Assembly (NCBI GenBank): GCA_965207445.1
Contig: CBDBLX010000002.1
Coordinates: 1,335,849-1,399,848, forward strand
Source of the DNA: Nitrosopumilus sp.
GTDB lineage: Archaea; Thermoproteota; Nitrososphaeria; Nitrososphaerales; Nitrosopumilaceae
DNA: 64,000 bases
Direction: 5' to 3'
The number at the start of each line of letters is the position of its first letter. Positions within the stretch are counted from its first letter, which is position 1. Shown in pieces: positions 54,322 to 63,053 of this stretch. The position numbers and the translations under genes are program-made. The notes under the pieces were generated by a model. That model was not told the origin of the DNA and ran no database searches. It saw only the letters and a program-made list of their open reading frames with translations.

Positions 54322-54391
54322 GTGTGAACCAAGCTCCGTGCCTAGAAAATCCACCAAACGCCATTTTCCACGCACAGAGCTTGGTTCACAC
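54322..54391. mobile_element. 70-bp mini MITE-B
   Basis: 20-bp TIR GTGTGAACCAAGCTCCGTGC / GCACAGAGCTTGGTTCACAC (1 mismatch). Confidence 0.8.
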
Positions 54392-54549
54392 CTCTGGGTT
54401 TGAGGAGGTTGAACGGTTATGGGGGCATGGTTTGTTCTAATATACATAAGGTTACATATAGATTATTTATCAAATGCATAATCAGTCATACGTTTCCAAA
54501 AATACACAGTAGATGATCCCATGACCCCACCTATCAATGACACCAATAC

Positions 54550-54792
54550 TCACGGATCAAGGGAAAATTGCCAATCATATTTGTCAGAACTAAACCCACT
54601 TAGAAATATGATAAGGTATAGAATATAATGGTGAGTGATAACTGTATTGAACAACCACCTGCGTGTTTGTCGTTTTTCCCTTCCATCATCTGCGCGGCTA
54701 GAAGACAGATCCTTGTCTTCTTTTTTAGATCGTGAATCGGGTTTTGGCTCAATTTTAGTTGGTATACCAAGATCACTAGGAGAGCCAGTCAT
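54550..54792 (-). CDS. Small partner of Panacea protein (charged N-terminus, one hydrophobic helix; possibly truncated)
   Basis: ATGA overlap with Panacea stop. Confidence 0.45.
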   Translation of the reverse strand: MTGSPSDLGIPTKIEPKPDSRSKKEDKDLSSSRADDGREKRQTRRWLFNTVITHHYILYLIIFLSGFSSDKYDWQFSLDP

Positions 54793-55271
54793 ACCTGTAA
54801 TTGGGATTTATAATAATCACGTGTCATACTATTTGGGATTTCAATACCTAATCTACCATCCTTGTAACATTGGTGCCACGGTGTACCAGGTTCGTGTGTC
54901 ATAGTGGAGAGTCCCCGACCTGAAAAGTGGCCATATTTATTCATTACCACATCAATAATCTTCTTATGTTGATCTGAAATTCTACTAGTCAAAAATTTTA
55001 TACGATCCTTTATTTCGGAAGAGTTTAATGATGTTTTACAGTATGGTAGTTCCATTACATCATTCCCTCCATATTCTCTTAGTGCATAATATATGGTAGG
55101 TATTACAGGGCCATATTTCCATGCTTCAACCCTGTCTAGAAAAAGTGCTTCATTTTCCAACGCCAGTGTAAAACCATGTGATATGTACGATAGCTTGTTG
55201 GATTGCATCGGAGTCAGGGGCACTGATGATGTTGCAAGTATATAATCCGCTACAAGCAAAGCAGAAGCCAT
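54789..55271 (-). CDS. Panacea-domain (DUF4065/SocA/GepA) antitoxin
   Basis: VADYIL, LTPMQ.NKL.Y..HG, EAWKYGPV, L..MTH..GTPW, I.N.....YY motifs. Confidence 0.9.
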   Translation of the reverse strand: MASALLVADYILATSSVPLTPMQSNKLSYISHGFTLALENEALFLDRVEAWKYGPVIPTIYYALREYGGNDVMELPYCKTSLNSSEIKDRIKFLTSRISDQHKKIIDVVMNKYGHFSGRGLSTMTHEPGTPWHQCYKDGRLGIEIPNSMTRDYYKSQLQV

Positions 55272-55507
55272 TCTAGTAACATTTGTAATAATACACTATT
55301 ATAATATTATCAATAATTGATATTCTTGGATACCCCTCTTGCATTAATTGCGGGTAAAAGCTACTGACTTTATATTCGTCCCTTCCGCACAGCACACGGC
55401 ACCCAGTCCAGTCCACTCCTCATCTGACGTGTGCTAGACACCGCCGGTGTGTGGTAGAGATGGGTACGCTCATGACGACTGCTGTGGGCAGTCGGCAGGT
55501 CGTCTTA

Positions 55508-55589
55508 GTAACCGTTCAACCCCCGGTACCTACGCCAGACGTTAGGCGGTGAATTTGTGCCCAAATTTGGGAAGAAGTTGAACGGTTAC
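55508..55589. mobile_element. MITE-A, 82 bp; extra right end at 55634-55646
   Basis: Perfect 13-bp TIR GTAACCGTTCAAC; colinear with 25080 copy. Confidence 0.85.
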
Positions 55590-55657
55590 GATCAGAGGAA
55601 AAGGAGGGGGAGGAAAGAGTGGTGGTGGTGAAAGTTGAACGGTTACCACCCAATAGA

Positions 55658-58600
55658 TCATTTCTCAGGACTTAGATGAAATATTCTAACTCTTTTCTTT
55701 TCCTTTGATGTTAGTTGCTCATACACATCTTTGATTTTAGGACTAGTAGACCATACATCACACCTTGCAAATCCTAACTCTGACCATTTTAGCATATTTA
55801 ATTTAACGTGCTCTGGATGCCTTGCAACTTCTGCTGTTGATTCTATCTCTACTGAGATAGGAGTTTCAGTGTCATAATTGTATGCTATCAAATCAGTTCT
55901 CAGTTGATCTTTTTTTATGGTCTGCGCTGCTGTACACAAAAAGTATCGCTTGGCAAGATAGTATTGTATTGCATATGAGGCTACTAGTGGTATGTCTTGT
56001 GCGGTTCCAATACTACTAATATCAAATTCAAAGTACATCTGCTTGATATTGTGCGGTAGACAATAAAATGTCTGTTTACCATTAACATAACTGTCCTTAC
56101 TAGTTGCCTCTAATAGATCATCTTTTACCATCTGCTTTAAAATCCCCCCGAGATCATCGTCTTTCATAGTTCCTCTACCCATCTTTCCATTATCCAATAC
56201 ACGATTAATTTCACGCCTGCCCATCGTCATATCTTTTGCACTGTATAAAATACACATTATGTGCCATTGTGTTTTGGTAGGTGGCTCATATGATATGTAA
56301 TTGAGCCACATGTTGGCGCGTCTGTCATATTCTGCTACCTTTGACTCGCCTGCCTTACCATAACCATACTTGGTCTTTTGTTTTACAACAAATTCATGCA
56401 TAAACTGTTTTGATTGTATGTTGGGATTGGTATAAACTGGCCAAAATTGAATTGGTATTGGTTGTTGTATATCTTGTTCATTTGCTATTAGTCTTGCAGT
56501 CCAATGGTGAAACTCTTGTGTTGCTAGTTGTGCTTTGACATCCTTTGATCTTTTAGGCTCCCATATCTCTGCAAATTTACTGGCATCTGTGCCTGATACT
56601 CTTCCTACAAATTGTGTGCCTGCATTTCCTGTTATGATCTCAAATAATTCAGTGCTGATTTGCGTAGGTGTTTGATGCGCTAGCAATAAACCCAAACCAT
56701 AAGAGCGTGCCTGCGTTAGTATTGCAGGTATAACTGGTAGTTTTGCTACATCCTGAAACTCATCTAGTGCTAGCAATACCTGAGTACGGCCTGCTTCATT
56801 TTGTATGTGGTTGGCCCGTTCTTGTATGGCAAACCACAACTTTATAACTATGGTTTGTTTTAAAAATGAAACAATATTTTGTGGTATGTTTAATGGTGAC
56901 AAGCGTATAACAGTATATGCACCTTTTAATATCATATCATCAAACTTTATGGTAGATTCAGGAACACACAACATGTCTCTGAGACCTTTATTGGTTGCAA
57001 ACTTTCCCAATCTATTCAAGACTGGCTCATAGGCAATCTTGCCCATTGATGCCACACTCTCAATTTCTTGTTTTAGAGCAGAATCATTTGGTTTGCCTAA
57101 TTCTTTGTACATTTTAATTAACATCGATTTGCCATCTTTTTGCATCTTGATTATAATATCACGTATATCCAACAATGTTGGTTTATCATTATTTAAGTAA
57201 ACATATTGTAGTAATGTCTCTAAGATGCGGTGCAACCTCACAAATGCCTCTTGGTCAGTGTACCAATATTTTATCATCTGCATAATATAGCCCACATATT
57301 GAGTGACTAGGTTTTGCCTACGCTCTGCTAGTATTTCCGGTGTTATGTATTTTTTTGTTTGAGAGGGAGGAGTTACAGTATTGTTATTGGTAATAATAGT
57401 AGTAGTAGAGTTGTTATCATGCACTGCACCTGCATCATCAATAACATCTCCAACCTTACCATATGGTGGTAACTCCAATACATTAATGGAGAATTTAGTT
57501 TCAATAGGATCTAAAAATGTGACTCTATTTTTTTCAAATGATTCTGTCTCACACTGTCTTATGAGATCATACGAGTCATTGCCTTTGGGATCTATGAAGA
57601 TAAATGCATTCTCAAATGTTTGATGAATGTTTGCCATCTCCAAATGTTTGGCTATACATCGGATTAGTGTAGTCTTTCCTGATTTGGTACCGCCTACCAC
57701 ATACATGTGTGTAGGTATATCAAATTGTGATAGTACGACTGCTTGTTCTTCAGAAGCTTGTACTATATTACCATACCAATCTTTAATATGCGATTCAATA
57801 TTTGGCCATTGTTTTTCTATTGATGTATGAGGCGATATTATATTGCCAAATGATCTTGTTTTTAGTTGATCTATATACCCTAGACAAAATCCGTGCTTTT
57901 TGATCTGTTGAATAGGTATCTCTGGCTTGCGCGATATGTTTAGATTGGGAGTTGATTTGGCATCAGGTAATCTAAGAAACAAACCTAGCTCATTTTGTGT
58001 CAATAGTAAAAATGGAGGTGATCTTCTTTTATGATATGTGGTACCTAGTAGCCCCCAGTATTTTTTATTGACATAACGACTGACAACATAAGATAGTAAA
58101 GTTGGGTCAGGCATCAACCTGTACTCAAACATCGATAACAAACGATACTTTTTCTTTAGATTGGGATTATTCTTTTTTATTGTTGTTGTTGTTTTGCTTT
58201 GTCGATTTTCTTGTTTTGAGTTTTCATTTTGTGTTGTTGTATCTTTGTTTTTATCATATTTTGCAACATATCTTGCAACATACCTTGCTGCAATATCATC
58301 ATGTGTGATATTATCTTTATCATTGTAAGGCTCTACGTTAATGCCACTGTAATAGTGATGTGAAATTTTTTTATCAATAGATTGTTTTTTTGTTTTCTTT
58401 AGATTTGTGTTATGATTCCCATCTGTTGGCACTTTATTTCGAGTATGTATATTATCATATAGTGTAATATTACGTTTTAGGAATTTTTTTTTGCTGTTAT
58501 TGTAATAGTTGGTTGTAAGATGCTCATAACCTTGACTACCGCCTCCGGGCATATTGATTGATTGTAATAGAGATGGATCTATTTGCAAAGACTCTTTGTT

Positions 58601-59494
58601 TTTGTCTTGAAGTATCATGCCGCGTATTGATAACATGGTGTTCTCTGATTGTGTTTTTTGTTTAATATCATACAGTAGCATATTATAATATGTGGTAAAA
58701 TCTTTATTCTTTTCTGGATGAGGTCTGCCCTTTGAGATGTCACCGTACAGGTAATCTCGAAGAGTGAGATAATTCTCAGAATTGGTAAATTCTCCATATT
58801 TGTATCGCATAATTTCAATCAGGTTATTCAAGATATTAGAAAAATTGTACTTTTGAAATACTAGTTGAATCCATGCATATGATGATAGTTGTATAGTGTT
58901 GGCAATTGTTGTGATGTTATCGTATGTATTGCGAGTATCAAATATGGATGCAAAATGACCGTGCCTATATCCAATATCAAAAATATCAAAACGATTGTTT
59001 TGATCAAATAGTACTTTTGGGAACCATTTTGGTGTTGGTGCTATTGCTGTGATGTGATTTTTAATATGGTGATTTTTTGCCGTATCATTACCATCACCAT
59101 TACCACCACCACCTCTACTCCTACTGTCATCCCCACCCTCATCATTTTGAGTCTCATCACCAAAAGGCAATAAGATTGCCCCCGGATACATTATCGCAAA
59201 GTCCTTTTTATACTTGGCAATATCACTTTTGTCTGTTATGAGCATTACATCTAGATGATTTGATTGTACACCATCCCACCACAACTCAATTGAGCGCGAA
59301 TGTGTTGCAGATGATACGCCACTAGTATTATCAAAGACTCTGCTCATATCTGCATCTAATGGCACTGATACTTGTAAGGCACGTAAATTTTGATGATGAT
59401 CTTTTGATATGTCAGTAGAACCGAACATTTTGTGTGTATTATCTAGCATTCCTGGCTGTTTCTTCTCATTTGATAATTTCCAATAACCGCACAT
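55658..59494 (-). CDS. VirD4/TraG/TrwB-like (HerA/FtsK superfamily) coupling ATPase with C-terminal wHTH and PD-(D/E)XK-like domain
   Basis: THMYVVGGTKSGKTT, FIFIDPKG, LALDEFQ, ARSYGLGLLLAHQ..Q; C-terminal RTDLIAY...ISVEIES. Confidence 0.82.
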   Translation of the reverse strand: MCGYWKLSNEKKQPGMLDNTHKMFGSTDISKDHHQNLRALQVSVPLDADMSRVFDNTSGVSSATHSRSIELWWDGVQSNHLDVMLITDKSDIAKYKKDFAIMYPGAILLPFGDETQNDEGGDDSRSRGGGGNGDGNDTAKNHHIKNHITAIAPTPKWFPKVLFDQNNRFDIFDIGYRHGHFASIFDTRNTYDNITTIANTIQLSSYAWIQLVFQKYNFSNILNNLIEIMRYKYGEFTNSENYLTLRDYLYGDISKGRPHPEKNKDFTTYYNMLLYDIKQKTQSENTMLSIRGMILQDKNKESLQIDPSLLQSINMPGGGSQGYEHLTTNYYNNSKKKFLKRNITLYDNIHTRNKVPTDGNHNTNLKKTKKQSIDKKISHHYYSGINVEPYNDKDNITHDDIAARYVARYVAKYDKNKDTTTQNENSKQENRQSKTTTTIKKNNPNLKKKYRLLSMFEYRLMPDPTLLSYVVSRYVNKKYWGLLGTTYHKRRSPPFLLLTQNELGLFLRLPDAKSTPNLNISRKPEIPIQQIKKHGFCLGYIDQLKTRSFGNIISPHTSIEKQWPNIESHIKDWYGNIVQASEEQAVVLSQFDIPTHMYVVGGTKSGKTTLIRCIAKHLEMANIHQTFENAFIFIDPKGNDSYDLIRQCETESFEKNRVTFLDPIETKFSINVLELPPYGKVGDVIDDAGAVHDNNSTTTIITNNNTVTPPSQTKKYITPEILAERRQNLVTQYVGYIMQMIKYWYTDQEAFVRLHRILETLLQYVYLNNDKPTLLDIRDIIIKMQKDGKSMLIKMYKELGKPNDSALKQEIESVASMGKIAYEPVLNRLGKFATNKGLRDMLCVPESTIKFDDMILKGAYTVIRLSPLNIPQNIVSFLKQTIVIKLWFAIQERANHIQNEAGRTQVLLALDEFQDVAKLPVIPAILTQARSYGLGLLLAHQTPTQISTELFEIITGNAGTQFVGRVSGTDASKFAEIWEPKRSKDVKAQLATQEFHHWTARLIANEQDIQQPIPIQFWPVYTNPNIQSKQFMHEFVVKQKTKYGYGKAGESKVAEYDRRANMWLNYISYEPPTKTQWHIMCILYSAKDMTMGRREINRVLDNGKMGRGTMKDDDLGGILKQMVKDDLLEATSKDSYVNGKQTFYCLPHNIKQMYFEFDISSIGTAQDIPLVASYAIQYYLAKRYFLCTAAQTIKKDQLRTDLIAYNYDTETPISVEIESTAEVARHPEHVKLNMLKWSELGFARCDVWSTSPKIKDVYEQLTSKEKKRVRIFHLSPEK

Positions 59495-59676
59495 TTGATA
59501 ACTAATATTACAAATGAATTAAAGTAGCAAAACTAAGACTAGAGTTCTGCTACAATACCATTATTGCTACTATCATCACCACCACTGCTACTACCACCAC
59601 TGTAAATCCCCTCACTCTAAACCATACGAGTAGTTTAATACAATCAATTACGCTGTGTAAGGGTATAAAATACAAT

Positions 59677-59708
59677 GAGATAATTCCTTTTTAAAAAAGA
59701 ATTATCTC
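59677..59708. promoter_or_regulatory. 32-bp near-perfect palindrome (operator or oriT candidate)
   Basis: GAGATAATTCCTTTTTAAAAAAGAATTATCTC, one mismatched pair, in the divergent spacer. Confidence 0.45.
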
Positions 59709-60578
59709 TGAGATTGTTTTATGCAATTTTAGTAATCATTGACACTTGCTTAAATTTTATTGTGTGAGTTTGTTTTCAAATGAGCAGTCTCAATTTGATG
59801 GTGTAATACGCACCAAAGGCGCGTCGCTGCATCGTACAATGCAAAAACACCCACTGTAATTGATAATGCGCAAACAAACTAATTTTACTAATTGTACGAC
59901 TAATCCACTGCAAAAAGAACTATTTATAAAATTTATTTTATATGTGTAATTTTAATTAAACACATAACATACAGTAGAATTTTTTAAAAAATGCAACTAG
60001 TCTTTTAAATAAATCACACACTGTAGTATATGCGGGCAAACTATTACAAAGATCAAAACAAAGAACACTCAAAATACGTGCATGTGTGTATAAGACGTTC
60101 TCATAATGCTGTTAATAAAAAAGGCGTATTGTGGCAAACTTGCAGCAAAGTCTTATCGTTCATTATTACAAAGTACACTTGTCAATGTAGTCATCACATA
60201 ACACAAGATACCCACATAAGATAAGGAGTGTGTACAACAAGTGATATTACGATATAAAAGCATCACATATGACGTTTATTGTTGTTATGTGATTGTAGTA
60301 CATGCAAAAACATCAAAGTTAGTAGGTAAAACACAACATAAACAAAACAGTTTCATCATGTGTACAATCACAAATTTATTACATGTTACCGCATCATGTA
60401 ATATTTTTATGTGGTTGTATAATTGTGTCGAGCCTACTAACATTATAAATTGCATTTTAAAATTGATGTCTGAAAATATAATTCACTATAAACACGCGAT
60501 ACACAAAATACAATCCCACTGTCATGTTTGTATGATGAATTATCATGCATGTAAAAAATGACAATAAAGGTGTGAGTA

Positions 60579-62855
60579 ATGTCGATAGATTTAGATCTTA
60601 AATCCGAGTACAGTCACGTCGGTTTTTTTAACATTCGATCAACTAACTTTGAAAAGATTGCAATAAATGAGTATGGTAAAAAATTAACAGGTCGCGTGAC
60701 AAAAGAACACGAGCCTACAATAAAACAACATGTGTTGGAATCTGAGCGATGGTGTATTGAACCCACAGCACAATCACGACAAAACATGTTGTTACTTGAT
60801 TGGGATGGTAAAACCACATCCCACATACCAAACAAATTACTATTGTTAATGTCTTGGTTCAGATCAGATGGCACCAGATACAGCTATCATGGAATTGTTA
60901 AAGTTGTAGATGCCAACTATGACTGGCTGAAAAAATTTGTAAATCAGTACTCGTGTAATGGTCTTGAGATGTGGATTGAGAACAAACGAATGTGCCTGCG
61001 AGGTATGTATACGGGTGCCACAAAACAAACAACAAAATGGAAACTCAAAGATGACAACTCAAAGCCAATCACATATATGACTAAAAAGGAGTTGGGCAAT
61101 CTAGGCATATTTATTAAAAATCCTACAAATCAAGAAACAGAAACAAAACGATTACTTGCACTACGTACAGTTGTACAAGGGGACAGGTATGCATACAATA
61201 GAGCGTATATAGGAAATACAATACGACAAGCTAATGGTAAAATTCCAAAAGAGGAATTATACGATAAATTAATTTTACAACTGCAAACAGTCATGCCGAC
61301 TTGGAGTATATTTGCACAAGGAGGGATACGACACGCAGAAGTAATGCGTCTTATCGATGATTTGTTAAACACATATGATGCAAATAAAAACCACAACAAC
61401 CACAACAACAACCACAACCACAACAACACAAAAAATGATCGATTAAATCTGTATGAGTGTGCAAGTATAATACAACACGAAAAGCCACTAGTCACAACTG
61501 CACTAAATAATATCATACATGGTTATGAAGGAAATAGGTGGTTAGAGTATACAAACAAACTAAAATCAAGAATTCGCTCTCGATTCACAACAAATGAGAT
61601 CACAACATACGAACAATACGAGATAATACGAATCATTGAGGATAACACACGCAAACACATGGAAGGTGAACCAGACACAGACGATATATTTAATAAATAT
61701 GTACATATTTTTACATTTACAAACGGGCAATATGATGCATTAACAGATGAATTTACAACGGAATGTGACTCTGAGATATTAAACACAATACGCTTTGATT
61801 TTCCATACCGGCGTGATGCTCAAGCATCCAAGTTTCTTTTAGCCATTGATGAGTGGATGAAAAGTGAAAAGGGCGATACACAGCAAGAGCGAGATGCACG
61901 AAAAATACGCAAGATACAGTGGCTCAAAGAATCATACGCACTAGCTGCAATCCCTAAACGAATACGGCAAAAAGGGCACATTTGGTACGGGGCAGGCTCA
62001 AATGCAAAAGGGTCTGCTGCACGTATACTGCAAAAATTTCTAGGTCATATGTATTGTACAGCATTAACACTCAAAGATATGAATGGTAAGGATTCGCATT
62101 GGGCAGAAGATTTGATTGACAAACTTCTTGTAGTAGGAGGGGATGGTACGGGATGGAAGGTAAGTGATACTACACATTACAAGCAACTAGTTGGCAATGA
62201 TCGCATATCTGTAAACCCAAAGAACAAGAAACGATTCACATATGACCCCATATGTCATGTTATACTATTACATAATGAGTTGCCTGATCCACATGATAGA
62301 TCAATTGGTTTTGTTCGCAAGGTGCAACTCGTAGAGTTTGAGCAACGATTCAAAGAGGATGCTAGTGTTGAGGATGCAATACTAAATGATGCAGTAGAGA
62401 TGGCAGGCATATTCAATTGGATAGCACCTCAAATAAAGCACTTTTTGAGAGGTGGGCCACTCGTAGATCCCAGTACTCCAGATGAAACTCGACGAGAGTG
62501 GCAGATGAGTGGCTCTGATATTGATGACTTTGTAAAAAATAGACTTTTAATTATTAAGGGTGCAAAAGAGACTACAGATAACATCTATGAGACATATATT
62601 GCCGAATACGAATATGCACTAAATGATAATGCTAGAACACAAAAGAATGTTGTAATCAGGCAGATAAAGGCAGCCCTAAATGAGAATACAAATAACATTA
62701 AAGTAGAGATCAAAGACCATACATCAAACAAGATCAAGGTACGGTATTTGATGAATGTGCAGATCAATGATGATAATGATGATAACGGTAATGATGATGG
62801 TAATGATGATAACAAGACAAACACACAACCTGACGGCTTAAAAGATCATATCTAA
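60579..62855 (+). CDS. Plasmid/phage-type primase (AEP-like) fused to D5/SF3 helicase
   Basis: LLDWDG and SYHG primase motifs; F.NG..D D5_N motif; YGAGSNAKGS, K.L.G.D.I....K.K, HNELP..D.S.GF.R. Confidence 0.8.
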   Translation: MSIDLDLKSEYSHVGFFNIRSTNFEKIAINEYGKKLTGRVTKEHEPTIKQHVLESERWCIEPTAQSRQNMLLLDWDGKTTSHIPNKLLLLMSWFRSDGTRYSYHGIVKVVDANYDWLKKFVNQYSCNGLEMWIENKRMCLRGMYTGATKQTTKWKLKDDNSKPITYMTKKELGNLGIFIKNPTNQETETKRLLALRTVVQGDRYAYNRAYIGNTIRQANGKIPKEELYDKLILQLQTVMPTWSIFAQGGIRHAEVMRLIDDLLNTYDANKNHNNHNNNHNHNNTKNDRLNLYECASIIQHEKPLVTTALNNIIHGYEGNRWLEYTNKLKSRIRSRFTTNEITTYEQYEIIRIIEDNTRKHMEGEPDTDDIFNKYVHIFTFTNGQYDALTDEFTTECDSEILNTIRFDFPYRRDAQASKFLLAIDEWMKSEKGDTQQERDARKIRKIQWLKESYALAAIPKRIRQKGHIWYGAGSNAKGSAARILQKFLGHMYCTALTLKDMNGKDSHWAEDLIDKLLVVGGDGTGWKVSDTTHYKQLVGNDRISVNPKNKKRFTYDPICHVILLHNELPDPHDRSIGFVRKVQLVEFEQRFKEDASVEDAILNDAVEMAGIFNWIAPQIKHFLRGGPLVDPSTPDETRREWQMSGSDIDDFVKNRLLIIKGAKETTDNIYETYIAEYEYALNDNARTQKNVVIRQIKAALNENTNNIKVEIKDHTSNKIKVRYLMNVQINDDNDDNGNDDGNDDNKTNTQPDGLKDHI

Positions 62856-62876
62856 TGTAAATAATATGAATTGTAT

Positions 62877-63053
62877 TAGGCACAAATCACAGCAAATCAT
62901 AGCAAATCACAGATATGATTTTTGCCGTGATTTTATCTAGGCACAAATTTACACACAAAAATAAAAAAATCACAGATATACAGATAAATTACAAAACTGA
63001 ATGAAACTAGAACTGTGATTTGTATGTGTGGTCTAGGCACGATATTACACAGA
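62877..63053. repeat. Iteron-like cluster (TAGGCAC x3, AAATCACAG-like x4 plus inverted copies): candidate replication origin
   Basis: Direct and inverted short repeats starting 22 nt after the primase-helicase stop. Confidence 0.55.

Larger units (their letters stand above)
43505..63053. mobile_element. Integrated conjugative/plasmid-like element (boundaries not determined)
   Basis: Cluster of VirD4/TraG-like ATPase, VirB6-like, PrgI-like, SNase-like, primase-D5 helicase with iterons, RHH regulator and Panacea antitoxin; AT-rich spacers; no integrase or att site seen. Confidence 0.7.

Noticed and set aside
55380..55507. Hammerhead ribozyme on the minus strand
   Set aside because: Core reads CAGATGA...CGAAT rather than CTGATGA...GAAA, and the required stems do not form
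54408..55646. Panacea cassette as a MITE-A composite transposon
   Set aside because: The end at 54408-54419 faces the wrong way, and no matching outer left end or TSD was found
55658..59494. Calling the large ATPase VirB4 or HerA
   Set aside because: IDPKG, DEFQ and AHQ motifs and domain layout fit VirD4/TrwB better; no NurA/Mre11 context; needs HMM confirmation
60030..60561. 64-aa and 106-aa His/Cys-rich ORFs upstream of the primase
   Set aside because: No ordered metal-binding motif; composition reflects CAT/TGT-rich non-coding DNA
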